NCBI GenBank assembly: GCA_963745075.1
Contig: CAVUWV010000010.1
Coordinates: 1 to 64,000 of the forward strand
Length of the DNA stretch: 64,000 bases
Reading direction: 5' to 3'
From: Candidatus Hydrogenedentota bacterium
Lineage (GTDB): Bacteria; Hydrogenedentota; Hydrogenedentia; Hydrogenedentales; SLHB01
Shown here: piece after piece, positions 22,724 through 35,080 of the stretch
Numbering within the stretch: the first letter of the stretch is position 1
Layout: every line of letters begins with the position of its first letter
Position numbers and translations under genes: made by a program
The notes under the pieces: generated by a model
Seen by the model: only the letters and a program-made list of their open reading frames with translations
What the model was told of the DNA's origin: nothing
The model's database searches: none

Positions 22724-24433
22724 ATGCGAAATCGCGGAAGAAGTTGGTCTGGAGCACTGATGCTCGCCGGTGCATTGGTTTTGGCCGTGGCGGTGTCCGG
22801 GTGTCCGCTCGTCACCAATGGCTCCAATAGCGGCGGCACCGGAAAGAGCAACCCCCAATTGACGACCATCATCTCCATGGATGAGCCGTCGCTGGCCGGC
22901 GCCTTGGCGGCGCATCTGGCTACAAAAGCCAATGGCGGCAGTCCGGTCCCCGTCGAGGACATTGAGAGCCTCGAGCTTTCTATTACCGAGGTGGCCGTCC
23001 ACTACGCCGGCGATGACGGAGGCGGCGATCGGTGGATCACCCTCTTCCCGAGCGATTCGGAAGACCCGATTCGGATCAACATCATGGACGTCGGCGAACT
23101 GGGCCGCGTGCTGACCGTGGATGAACTCCCGGCAGGCAAGTACACCAAGATCGCCATATCGATCGCGGACCCGCACCTGGTGCTCAAAAGCGGTGAAGAA
23201 ACGGATAACGTTCAGTTGACCGCGAATGGCCGCATGTTCGTGTCGGAGCAGTTCACCCTGGAAGACGGATTCCAGGGGACACTCGAGATCGCCTTCACCA
23301 GCCTCCATCTCGTGGAAGCCGGCAATAGCGGCAAGTTCGTGCTCACGCCCCAACTGCGCGCGGACGTTACCCCCATCGCGGCCGTGGAAACGTCCGCTAC
23401 CGGCATCATCCAGAACTTGGATGGCGACAGCTTCGAACTCGCGCTGGACGGCGACGGCGCGAAAAGCGAGGATATCATTGAGGTCGAATACAGCGATCCG
23501 GGGACGATGGTCTACCTGCTCGACGGCACGGAAGGTACCGCCGCCGATCTCGAGAACGGCCAGGAAGTTGAAGTTACTGGACTCTATTACCCCGAAGGTC
23601 CGGACCTGCCGCCGCTCATCACCGCGACTTCAATCAGCATCATTACGGTTGACGCAACGATTGCGGGTATTGTGACGAACAACGCGTACGACCCCGGGGT
23701 CTCGGCATCCTTTGCAGTCGATGTCAGCGGCACCGACATTCTGGTCAACTACCTTGACGCGGCGGAAATCTATCTGCCGGGTGAAGTGCCCGGCGTCGAT
23801 ACCCCGACGGGTACGCCGGCCGATCTCGCGGACGGCCAATCGGTTGAAGTGTCCGGACGCCTGCATGCGGATGACACCATGGATGCGGTCGTGATCGCCA
23901 TCCTGGCCGTGCCGGCAGACGAAACGGGCACCATCGCAAGTCTGGACAACCCGAACGCCGGCTTCTTCAACCTCCTGAACGGAACCACCTACCAGGTCGA
24001 TTATTCCAGCGTTCAGGAAATCTATCTGCCGGGTGAAGTGCCTGGCGTCGATACCCCGACCGGCACTCCGGGCGATCTCGCGGACGGCCAATCGGTCGAA
24101 GTGTCAGGCCGCCTGTTTGCGGACGACACCATCGAAGCGGACGTGATCGTCATCCTGGCCGTGCCGGCGGATCAAACGGGTACCGTTGCGAACCTCGACA
24201 GCCCGAACGCGGGCTACTTCGACCTCGAGAACGGAACCACCTATCAGGTCGATTACTCCAGCGTTGTGGAGATTTACCTGCCGGGCGAAGTTCCTGGCGT
24301 CGACACGCCGACCGGCACCTCGGCCGATCTCGTCGACGCTGCGGAGGTCCAGGTCTTGGGGCTTGAGTATCCCAACACGCCGCCGCTCATTGTGGCGGAC
24401 ACGATCGTGATTGTGAGCTTACCGGCACCCTGA
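22724..24433 (+). CDS. Lipoprotein with a DUF4382-like N-terminal domain and repeated DUF5666-like OB domains
   Basis: Lipobox VSGC, 'LPAGKYTKI', 'GNSGKFVLTP'; repeats 'DLxxGQxVEVxG'. Confidence 0.7.
   Translation: MRNRGRSWSGALMLAGALVLAVAVSGCPLVTNGSNSGGTGKSNPQLTTIISMDEPSLAGALAAHLATKANGGSPVPVEDIESLELSITEVAVHYAGDDGGGDRWITLFPSDSEDPIRINIMDVGELGRVLTVDELPAGKYTKIAISIADPHLVLKSGEETDNVQLTANGRMFVSEQFTLEDGFQGTLEIAFTSLHLVEAGNSGKFVLTPQLRADVTPIAAVETSATGIIQNLDGDSFELALDGDGAKSEDIIEVEYSDPGTMVYLLDGTEGTAADLENGQEVEVTGLYYPEGPDLPPLITATSISIITVDATIAGIVTNNAYDPGVSASFAVDVSGTDILVNYLDAAEIYLPGEVPGVDTPTGTPADLADGQSVEVSGRLHADDTMDAVVIAILAVPADETGTIASLDNPNAGFFNLLNGTTYQVDYSSVQEIYLPGEVPGVDTPTGTPGDLADGQSVEVSGRLFADDTIEADVIVILAVPADQTGTVANLDSPNAGYFDLENGTTYQVDYSSVVEIYLPGEVPGVDTPTGTSADLVDAAEVQVLGLEYPNTPPLIVADTIVIVSLPAP
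23765..24360 (+). repeat. Intragenic tandem repeat, 252-bp (84-aa) period
   Basis: 'EIYLPGEVPGVDTPTGT' encoded at 23765, 24017 and 24269. Confidence 0.9.
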
Positions 24434-24457
24434 CCGCATCCCATAGCCAAACGATCC

Positions 24458-24499
24458 AGGGCGGGATCCCATCCGGGGATCCCGCCCTTGCTTTGTTTT
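24458..24499 (+). terminator. Rho-independent terminator
   Basis: AGGGCGGGATCCC-N5-GGGATCCCGCCCT followed by a T-rich tract. Confidence 0.8.
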
Positions 24500-24625
24500 C
24501 CACCTAAGTTTCAACGCCAGACAGACCAACCGGAGACCCGCTCGGAATTGCGTCCGATCGGGTCCCCGGCCAAGTTGCGCTCTGCGCGTAATATTGGCCC
24601 GCTGCGTCTGGCGGATTTGCTGGGA

Positions 24626-26869
<2,244 letters not shown>

Positions 26870-26995
26870 TCAATTGGATGTAACGTTCGCGAGTGCCACC
26901 GCTTTATCGCGCCTTGAATGCAAAGCTACGGATGCGCCGCCATCAGTTGCCTGAATACTCAGCCTTCCGATCTCGCAGCACCGCTCTATCGATGT

Positions 26996-27433
26996 TCAGC
27001 CCCGTTCCGCCGATTCCGGAGTCGCCGCGAGGCACTCCGGACAGATGCCCCAGAAGATCACTTCCGCCTCGTCGATTTCGTAGCCCGAATCGTCGGCGGC
27101 TTGCAGGCACGGCGTTTCGCCGACGGCACAATCGACATCTTCCATCCTGCCGCAGGCGCGGCAAATCAGGTGATGATGGTTGTCGCCAACCCGGCCCTCG
27201 TAACGGGCCGGCGACCCGGCCGGCTGGATGCGACGGATCAGACCCTTCTCCGCCAGGATTCCCAAGGCATCGTACACCCCCTGACGCGAGATAGCCCCGA
27301 GTTCAGCGCGAACATCTTCGGCAATCGCATCCGCTGTGCTGTGGGGTCGGCCCGACACCATGCGGAGCACGGCCAACCGCTGGGCCGTGACTTGGACGCC
27401 GTGCGCACGAAGAAGCTCAGTTGGATTGGACAT
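26996..27433 (-). CDS. fur: Fur-family regulator (FurA-like) upstream of katG
   Basis: 'VTAQRLAVL', 'SRQGVYDAL', '[11 protein letters not shown]', C-terminal CPEC. Confidence 0.93.
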   Translation of the reverse strand: MSNPTELLRAHGVQVTAQRLAVLRMVSGRPHSTADAIAEDVRAELGAISRQGVYDALGILAEKGLIRRIQPAGSPARYEGRVGDNHHHLICRACGRMEDVDCAVGETPCLQAADDSGYEIDEAEVIFWGICPECLAATPESAERG

Positions 27434-27439
27434 GAGCAG

Positions 27440-27485
27440 AGTATACGATAAACATTGGACTTTGTCAAGTATTAGATTTTATCAA
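27440..27485 (-). promoter_or_regulatory. Sigma70 promoter of fur (probably leaderless) overlapped by an imperfect direct repeat
   Basis: TTGACA (27468-27463)-N17-TATACT (27445-27440), 6 nt before ATG; TTGATAAAATCTAAT / TTGACAAAGTCCAAT repeat. Confidence 0.7.
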
Positions 27486-27668
27486 TTATGACATTGGCCG
27501 AGCGTTTGGTGGATTCGGGACTTACTATCCACTGGTTGGCACCCGAGAAGACGCACGGATTCCTTGCTGTGGAATTCTCGCGCGTTCTCTGCCTCCAAGA
27601 AGGATAAATGGTTCGAACGGGAAATTCACAAACATCTGGGATGAATGGAGTTGTGGCATAGCAACATG

Positions 27669-27690
27669 GGTGGAGGCGGCGGGAATCGAA
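27669..27690 (-). repeat. att-like copy of the tmRNA 3' end
   Basis: GGTGGAGGCGGCGGGAATCGAA, 22/22 identical to 47122-47143. Confidence 0.9.
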
Positions 27691-28333
27691 ACGCAAGGAA
27701 TTGAAAAAAAGGACTTACAACCGACGGACAAAACCCGTCAAATACCGGTCAGGAACCGGTTAACATCGGACAGAATCTTGCCTTACTTCCCAGCGCCGAT
27801 TGCAATCACCCGTCGATCATCGGACACGCCGAGGTCATCGGCGGACAAAGTTTCGCCCCCAAATCGCCCCCAAGAATTCCCCCCGATTTGCAGCTTCTCG
27901 TCGACCGTTGGGAAGCGCTCCCGCAAGGCATCCGCGCGGTCATAAAAGCGATTCTGAACACCGATGCGGAGTTAGAGGCAAGTAATAGTATTCCGTGATT
28001 GAACACGCAGGACCCACGATGTTGACGTTTGTCTGGAAGTGAATCCTTGCCCGTTTCAGGGGGGCAGGTCAGGTACAAATCTGAAAAAGGGGAGCTTCTG
28101 AATGGGATATCTCCGATACGCTTGTGGGCGCCAAAGTTTTGATTGGACCATGGCGCAAGGAGTACAAGGGAATCCGGCCTCACCGCGCCTTCGCATTTTA
28201 GTCTAGAATGACCGCCAGTGCATCGGCGTCTCGTGGTTGAACCGAGGGGCGTCGGACGAATGGCGGATAGGGGAACTGGGGACGCGCCCGTTCTTGCGGG
28301 CGCTCAAGAAGTCACACATACAGGAGCGGCAAG

Positions 28334-29266
28334 ATGATGAGACGACTTTGTCTTCTAGTGATGATTCTACTTATAGGCCTAAGCGGGACGTTCCTCACTG
28401 GGTCCAGGCAAGCGCTTGCGGAAGACACACCCGCAGACGGGAAGACCTTGCACATCATCGTGTTCGGGGCGCACCCCGATGATTGCGAACTGAAGGCCGG
28501 AGGCGTGGCGGCTCAATGGGCCGCCCTTGGACACAAGGTCAAGTTCGTGTCCGTCACCAATGGCGACATAGGGCACTTCGAGACGGCGGGGGGACCGCTG
28601 GCGCAGCGGCGAGCAAAAGAAGTTGCCGAAGCGGCCAGGATACTCGGCATCGAGACGGAAGTCCTGGACCATCACGACGGGGAATTGATGCCGACCCTGG
28701 ATATACGTAAGGAACTCATCCGGCTGGTCCGGGAATGGAAGGCCGACCTCGTAATCAGCCCCCGGCCTAACGACTACCATCCGGACCATCGGTACACGGC
28801 GATCCTTGTCCAAGATGGGGCTTACATGGTCACGGTGCCTTTCATGTGCCCGGACGTGGAGCCACTGCGGAAGAACCCGGTGTATATGTACATGTGGGAC
28901 CACTTTCAAAAGCCGAACCCGTTTCAGCCGGACGTGGTGGTGGCCATTGACGACGTGATCGAGCGCAAACTTGAAGCGTTGAGTGTGATTACTTCCCAGT
29001 TCGCGGAGTGGGGTCCCTGGCACGGCCACTACCTGGACGATGTCCCGAAAGACCCTGCGGCAGCGAAGGAATGGATAGCCGATGGCTTTCGCAAGCGGAT
29101 GAAGGAACCGGCACAGCGGTATCCGGAAGAATTAACGAAATGGTACGGTGCCGAGAAGGCCGATACGGTGGAGTTCGCCGAGGCCTTCGAGGTCTGCGAA
29201 TACGGACGTCAACCTGACGAGGAAGAGTTGCGCACACTCTTTCCGTTCTTCCCTGCCAAGAAGTAG
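28334..29266 (+). CDS. PIG-L family deacetylase, secreted
   Basis: 'FGAHPDDCE', 'VTNGDIG', 'YHPDHR', 'AEAF'. Confidence 0.88.
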   Translation: MMRRLCLLVMILLIGLSGTFLTGSRQALAEDTPADGKTLHIIVFGAHPDDCELKAGGVAAQWAALGHKVKFVSVTNGDIGHFETAGGPLAQRRAKEVAEAARILGIETEVLDHHDGELMPTLDIRKELIRLVREWKADLVISPRPNDYHPDHRYTAILVQDGAYMVTVPFMCPDVEPLRKNPVYMYMWDHFQKPNPFQPDVVVAIDDVIERKLEALSVITSQFAEWGPWHGHYLDDVPKDPAAAKEWIADGFRKRMKEPAQRYPEELTKWYGAEKADTVEFAEAFEVCEYGRQPDEEELRTLFPFFPAKK

Positions 29267-29337
29267 GAACGCTGCCCGATCGCCGCCTGTGGGTTCGCTC
29301 CCTGGCGTCGCAACGAAACGAAGGACAAGGAGAAAGA

Positions 29338-30682
29338 TTGATGAGCCAGTGTATTTCACACCGATCGTTCACTGCCATTTGGAGCAGGGCAGTGCCGTTT
29401 CTGATTGTGCTGACCGGGTCACTACTAGCGTTCCAGACGCCCGCTTCAGGAGAGGTGCGCGCAGGCGCCGCCCAAATCGACATCACACCGCCGGCGGGCA
29501 CGCCTTCGGCGGGCTACGGCGACCGGATGGGACAGGGGATGGAAGGCGTCCATGATCCGCTATTGGCTACGGCCCTTGTGCTCGACAACGGCGAGAAGAT
29601 GATTGCCTTTGTCGGCGTCGACCACCTTGGTTTCGGAGAAGCCATGGTGGGCGCCGTTGAACAGGGGGTCCACGCCAACCCCGCCACGGCCGCATGCGAG
29701 GTCTATCTCGGTTCGTCGCACACCCATTCAGGCGGTGGCGCCTATTTTGACATTCCGGGTCTCGGTGCGCGCCTCGCCGGCGAGTTCGACAGCGCGATTT
29801 ACCAGTCGTACATCGACGGGGCCGTGCGCTCCGTGGTCGAGGCAGCGGAAAAACTGGAACCGGCAAAGGCGGGCGTCGGCTATGGCCACGCGCCCAATAT
29901 GAATTCGTATCGAGGCGACTGGCCGCCAAATGTTGAAACGCCGCGACGAAGTGGCGGTGCTCAAAGTAACCCGGGCGGACGGCGCGCCCCTAGCCGTGCT
30001 ATTCAATTTCGCGGCCCATCCCACCGTCCTGAGCGGACAAAACATGCTTTTCTCCGCTGACTATCCCGGTGCGGCACGCAGCCAACTTGTCGATGCTATT
30101 GGGGGAGGGGTGCAGCCCATCTTCTTCAACGGCGCCCAGGGGGACGTTTCGCCGCGGCCGCCAAGCGGGGAGGACGGCTTCGAGCGGTGCGACCGTATGG
30201 GCAATGTCCTGGCCGAGGAAGTCAAGCGGGTCTGGGACGCCACGGAAACGTCGGACTCCCTTACGATCGAAACCGAGCGCCATCCTTATGACGTTCGTCC
30301 CCAGCCCACAACGTCCGGTTTCTCCAAGCCGGGCGGCGACTCGCAGATGAGCGAAGTAAGCGCAATCGTCCTCAACGACCGCGACGCGTTCATCACGATC
30401 CCCGGCGAGCTGAGCTGCATCTACGATGCCGACATCAAGCGCTTCGGCCGTTGGCTCGGCTTCAACCAAGTCTCGATTCTCGGCCTGACCAACAGCGCCC
30501 ACGGCTACATCATCACGCCGGAATCCTGGCGCCATCGCATCTACGAGTCGACCTTGTCCTTTGGCGGCGAGCAGTATGGCGAGCGAATCGAGAACATGGC
30601 GTACGCGCTGCTCCACAACGTCGAACCGGAAGGCGCCTATCACGCCGACCAATTGGCCGAATCTACGGTACTTTCGCCATAG
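29338..30682 (+). CDS. Neutral/alkaline ceramidase-like amidohydrolase, frameshift near 29940
   Basis: 'DITPP', 'HDPLLATALVL', 'SHTHSG', then in ORF 29930-30682 'NFAAHPT', 'SADYPG', 'NGAQGDV', 'IPGE'. Confidence 0.8.
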
Positions 30683-30765
30683 AGAGATAGATGAATTTCG
30701 CGCAATGGATGGGCAGGCCCGTGGTCTGCTTGAATACCAGGCGCTTTTACATAGGAGGAAGGCCC

Positions 30766-32253
30766 ATGGTGAAACTTGCGGCAGGAATTCCGATGGTCGG
30801 TACGTGTGTGTTATTGAGTGCAATTGCGGCTTACCCGGTTGTGGCTTGGGCCTCCGAAATGAAGGCGGGGGTTGCGAAGACCGTCATCACACCCGACGAG
30901 CCATTGGTTATCACGAACGGTCCAGTGGCAACCGGCAAGCTCGCAGACCTTTATGCCCGTGCGTTGGTATTGAATGACGGAAACGGGCGCCTTGTCATCA
31001 TTACCTACGACTTGAATTGCCTGGACCGGGCGACGGCTCCGCTGCGACAGCGGGTTCGCGACGAACTTGGCATCGAACCCGCTCGCTTAATCTTGCTTGC
31101 CACCCATAACCACAACGGGCCAATTCAAATCAATCCGGACAATTTCGAGTACGGTGACCGGCTGGCAGACCGATTATTTGACTTGGTCCAAGAGGCAATT
31201 GCGAACGAACAGGGCCCGGTGCACCTTCAATTTGGTTCGGGGTATGCCTATAACCTCATGAGCCGCGGCAATGCACCGGTCGATTACGAAATCCAAGTGC
31301 TGAAAGTCGTGGCCGGTGACCGGCCTGTGGCCTTGCTGTTCAATCAGGCCACGCATCCGCTTCAGGCGTCCAGGTCGAAGTATGAAGCCGGGCATCCTGG
31401 TTTTGCCATGGATGCGATCGAAGCAAAGATGCCCGGCGTCCAGGCGATGTATGCGGACGCGTGTGGCGGCAATCAATTCCCGTTGCGGCCGAAAGCAGCC
31501 GAGGGAGTGCCGGATATGCCGCGGGGCGCGAACGTATCCGACGAAGTCGCTGAGAAAGTGGCAAGAGCGTACGCAGATGAATTGGTAGAAACCGTACTCC
31601 GAATCGCCAATGGCCCAATGGAGGATGTTACTGGACCAATTACGAGCAAGCGCGAGGTCATTTCACTTCCGCTGGCGCCCCCCATCCCCAAGGAAGAGGC
31701 GCTGGCGTTGGCCAAGCAGTTCCCGCCGGACGTGGGCTTCGTCCATTATCCCAACGACGATGGCTACCGGGAAACAAACTGGGTACGGATGCTGCTCTAT
31801 TGGTACGACAAGGGGTTACCCTTTCCGACCTCGACCACCGACTTGGTATGCACCGATGACACATTCCTAATTCACAAATCAGACAAGGAAATGTTGGAGA
31901 AATACCACGACAGTCTCCCCGACGAATTCCAATGTGTTTACGAGGAGGTTATCGTTTCCAAAATCGGTCCGATGGCGTTCGTCGCCATGCAAGGCGAAGT
32001 GTGCGCGCCAATCGGGGCCCGAATCAAAGACGCATTCCGCCGGGACATGCCAATCATGGTGTTCGGCTATATGGGGGAACACAATCTATACATTCCAACG
32101 CGCGAGTTGGTTCGCCAAAAGGCCTACCAAGGGATCGTGATCCAGATTCAGTACGCATCGCCAGTGGGCTGGGCGCCGGAAGTCGAGGATGAGATGGTCG
32201 ACAACGTGTGCAGCGTCGTGAAGTCCGTCATGGCAAAGCCGGTGACCAACTGA
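30766..32253 (+). CDS. Neutral/alkaline ceramidase-like protein
   Basis: 'ITPDEP', 'LYARALVL', 'ATHNHNGP', 'ATHP', 'GCGGNQ'-like 'ACGGNQ', 'QGEV'; RBS AGGAGG. Confidence 0.75.
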   Translation: MVKLAAGIPMVGTCVLLSAIAAYPVVAWASEMKAGVAKTVITPDEPLVITNGPVATGKLADLYARALVLNDGNGRLVIITYDLNCLDRATAPLRQRVRDELGIEPARLILLATHNHNGPIQINPDNFEYGDRLADRLFDLVQEAIANEQGPVHLQFGSGYAYNLMSRGNAPVDYEIQVLKVVAGDRPVALLFNQATHPLQASRSKYEAGHPGFAMDAIEAKMPGVQAMYADACGGNQFPLRPKAAEGVPDMPRGANVSDEVAEKVARAYADELVETVLRIANGPMEDVTGPITSKREVISLPLAPPIPKEEALALAKQFPPDVGFVHYPNDDGYRETNWVRMLLYWYDKGLPFPTSTTDLVCTDDTFLIHKSDKEMLEKYHDSLPDEFQCVYEEVIVSKIGPMAFVAMQGEVCAPIGARIKDAFRRDMPIMVFGYMGEHNLYIPTRELVRQKAYQGIVIQIQYASPVGWAPEVEDEMVDNVCSVVKSVMAKPVTN

Positions 32254-32642
32254 CCGGGGCGAGATGAAGTCGCGGGCCTTTACGGTTGTTAAGTGGACCA
32301 AATCCGTCCCAGTTCGCATTTCTCACCGCCCGAGAGTCCTCGAGTTGAGGATCACGCCGTGGCGTGATGAGAAATGCTTTCGAGAAAAACTGCCACGCCC
32401 CGGGCGTGGTTGAGGGAATCTCACACGCGCGCGGTAAACCCAACATGCTCGGACCGACGTGTGAAGGCTCGGGCCGGATTGGGGTTACAGGCCCGATACT
32501 TGGAGCGTGTGAGATTTCCGGGCTTGCGGAAATCCATCTTCGGGGCACATCCTAGATACTTCTCCGCCCCCAAACTGGAAGAACGGCTCAGATAGGAAGC
32601 GCTTAAACCTCTGGGATGAATTGAGTTGTGGCGGAGAAATAA

Positions 32643-32665
32643 TGGTGGAGGCGGCGGGAATCGAA
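32643..32665 (-). repeat. att-like copy of the tmRNA 3' end
   Basis: TGGTGGAGGCGGCGGGAATCGAA, 23/23 identical to 47121-47143; the preceding TAA is also shared. Confidence 0.92.
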
Positions 32666-32858
32666 GCCGAAGAAGGGGTGTTTTGGCAACTTATTGAAAA
32701 GCAAGAAGATACGACTTAAGACTATGCTGCAGAAGAACTTCGGTGAGTCTCAGGTTTTATCAGAACTTGTCATCCCTGCGCAGGTTTTTGTTTGAAAATG
32801 CTCCCGTGGAGATGTGCCCTTCAAGAGGTCTCGTCATCACATTGCCATTCGCGGCGCA

Positions 32859-33644
32859 TCACAGCAAACGGCCCTTGAGGCTCCTCAGCAGTTCAAACCC
32901 TGCGATGAGGCTTTCACCACCGGTGCATCGGGCCAGGCGTGAATAAGACATGGCCACATTCTTGACTCGTGCGTTTGGGAAGTCGGTGCTCTGACACACA
33001 TCCTTGTGAAGGCCCGTATCCTTGTCCAACCAGACAACGATCAACTCTGGGGCCTGCTGTCCATGCCGGAAAAGCTTCTTGTATGCGCTGTTCTCCGACA
33101 GCGTTGCTTCCAGCCAGCTTCCGTCTTCAAGGACAAAGTCGGGATTGTAGAGCCGGTGCGTTCTCAGCTTGAGCCCATTTTTCCCGGCGAAGTCTACATA
33201 CCAAGGATCGGGGTCCCGATGCTCGAATACAGGTTCACGCCGACAGGGTATTTCGAGCAGCATCAGAGCCTCGGCGATAAGGTGCGAGAAGATCCTCCCG
33301 CGCGCGCCGGTGCGCTGAAATGAATTCAAGTCTTGCATGCGACGCTCTTGAAATGCCGCGATGATCGGTTCCCACTTGCGGCGCGCCCTTCGTGACAGAG
33401 GTGAAGCATATCCATCCGGAGTGCGCAATACACCACACCTTTCGTGTTCACTACAAAACAAAACGTAAGCACGGTTCGAGACGCCAATGATGTCGTGATC
33501 GAACAATGCAAACCCGTGCAGGCACGTCTTAATATACCATTCCCCATGCCGTTGGTCATTTCCCCTTGATGTCGTGTGCGGACCGGCCTGGAAACCCGCT
33601 ATGATCCTGGCAAAGCTGACTGAGGCGGCGGCATGTTCGGACAT
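32859..33644 (-). CDS. Hypothetical protein, possible PD-(D/E)xK nuclease
   Basis: 'YNPDFVLEDGSWLEAT' resembles a PD...E motif. Confidence 0.45.
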   Translation of the reverse strand: MSEHAAASVSFARIIAGFQAGPHTTSRGNDQRHGEWYIKTCLHGFALFDHDIIGVSNRAYVLFCSEHERCGVLRTPDGYASPLSRRARRKWEPIIAAFQERRMQDLNSFQRTGARGRIFSHLIAEALMLLEIPCRREPVFEHRDPDPWYVDFAGKNGLKLRTHRLYNPDFVLEDGSWLEATLSENSAYKKLFRHGQQAPELIVVWLDKDTGLHKDVCQSTDFPNARVKNVAMSYSRLARCTGGESLIAGFELLRSLKGRLL

Positions 33645-33667
33645 GCGGGAAGGATGAATCAGACGAC

Positions 33668-35017
33668 ATGAGCAAACAGCGCAAGAAGGATCCGATAATG
33701 GCGAGCATCGAACGAGCGCTCGACTTCGGCCAGTTCGTATCCTACAAACAAACGTGGGATTTCGTCAGCAACCTGGACCGGATCAAGGATCAGATTGACG
33801 CGCTCGTTGACGAGGGTGACGCGGAACGAACGGTCAGACTCTACGAACTATTCCTTGCGGGTGTATACGAGAAGGCCGAGGAAACCGACGATTCGGGCGG
33901 CGAACTCGGAGCGTTCTTCGAGAGGCTGTTTGTATCTTGGATCATCGCCCGGCAAAAGACCGGATGCGCGGCTGAAGAGACTGTGCTCGAGATCCTCGGC
34001 TGGATAGAGAACGATAACTATGGCTTTTGCCATGGAATCGAAGGGGAGGTGGCGCGAACGCTCAACAGAGAGGGGTTTGCCCTATTCAGAAGCCACTTCC
34101 GGAATCTGTTCGAGAAGGCCTTCGCACCTTTCAAGTGCGAGGCGCCAAGGCGTATCTACGATTATCCCGCTGAGGTGTGCCTGTCCGCCCGTGTGCTCAA
34201 GTCCATCTACATTGCGAAGAGGGATGTGCCCTCCTATGTCGCCCTTTGCGAAATGATGACCGTTTCTCCGAAAGATTGTGAAGAGGTGGGCAACATGCAC
34301 AAGACCAGGCGGCGCTTTGCCGAGGCGCTCGAGTGGGTCGAGCGCGGGCTGTCACTTGAGCATGAACGTCACTGGGGGAATGAGTCTAGCAATTCTCTTG
34401 CCTTCATACGGCGGGAGCTCCTCGAAAAGGTCGGGCGCAAAGAAGAGGCGTTTCAAGTTGCCTGGGAACAGTTCGAAAAACACCCTTGCGAATACGCCTA
34501 CGCGGATCTGATGAAGCACGTGGCCGGGGAAGATCGGGAGCATTGGCACGACAAGGCCATGGAAGCCGCCAAGCGAACTTCGTTGTCTGGGTACATCGAA
34601 ATCTGCGCGAAAACCAAGGAGTGGGATGCCTTGGTGCGCCACGTCGATTCCGTCACACGGGAGGAACTCGAAAGCGTGAGCCACTATGTGACAGAAAAGG
34701 CGGCCAAGGGGCTTGAAAGGCGCCACGCGTTGGCGGCCGCCAAGGTGTATGCCGCCCTCGGCATGCGGATTGTCAAGGAGGGCAAGAGCAAGTATTATCA
34801 ATATGCCCTCGGCCACCTCCGGAACGCGAAGAAGTTCGCGGAAAGGGCCGGCCATACCGAAATGTGGTCATCGTTGATAGAAGAAGTGCGCAAGAATCAC
34901 TCGCGAAAACAAGGTTTCATTCCGGGTTTCGAGGAAATCGCGGCGGGACGGCGGCCGGCTTCCGACTCCTTCGAGAAGAGAGCGAGGAAACGGTGGAAGA
35001 AACAGGTGTCGCAATAG
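33668..35017 (+). CDS. Helical/TPR-like conserved hypothetical protein (DUF6880-like)
   Basis: 'DDSGGELG', 'SKYYQYALGHL', 'HSRKQGF'. Confidence 0.65.
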   Translation: MSKQRKKDPIMASIERALDFGQFVSYKQTWDFVSNLDRIKDQIDALVDEGDAERTVRLYELFLAGVYEKAEETDDSGGELGAFFERLFVSWIIARQKTGCAAEETVLEILGWIENDNYGFCHGIEGEVARTLNREGFALFRSHFRNLFEKAFAPFKCEAPRRIYDYPAEVCLSARVLKSIYIAKRDVPSYVALCEMMTVSPKDCEEVGNMHKTRRRFAEALEWVERGLSLEHERHWGNESSNSLAFIRRELLEKVGRKEEAFQVAWEQFEKHPCEYAYADLMKHVAGEDREHWHDKAMEAAKRTSLSGYIEICAKTKEWDALVRHVDSVTREELESVSHYVTEKAAKGLERRHALAAAKVYAALGMRIVKEGKSKYYQYALGHLRNAKKFAERAGHTEMWSSLIEEVRKNHSRKQGFIPGFEEIAAGRRPASDSFEKRARKRWKKQVSQ

Positions 35018-35080
35018 CGCCGGGCTCGACGCGGGAAAGGCGGAAATGAACGTGCCTCCTAACGTTCAGAAGGAAGAGGG

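Larger units (their letters stand above)
27669..32665. mobile_element. tmRNA-integrated cassette, module 3 (no integrase seen)
   Basis: Flanked by tmRNA 3'-end direct repeats; CGCCCCCAA motif near both ends. Confidence 0.7.

Noticed and set aside
32642..32719. att-initiated ORF at module 2 (MVEAAGIEAEEGVFWQLIEKQEDTT)
   Set aside because: It stops after 25 codons, and I found no WxxLP motif in the downstream frames I read, so it is not counted as a third copy.
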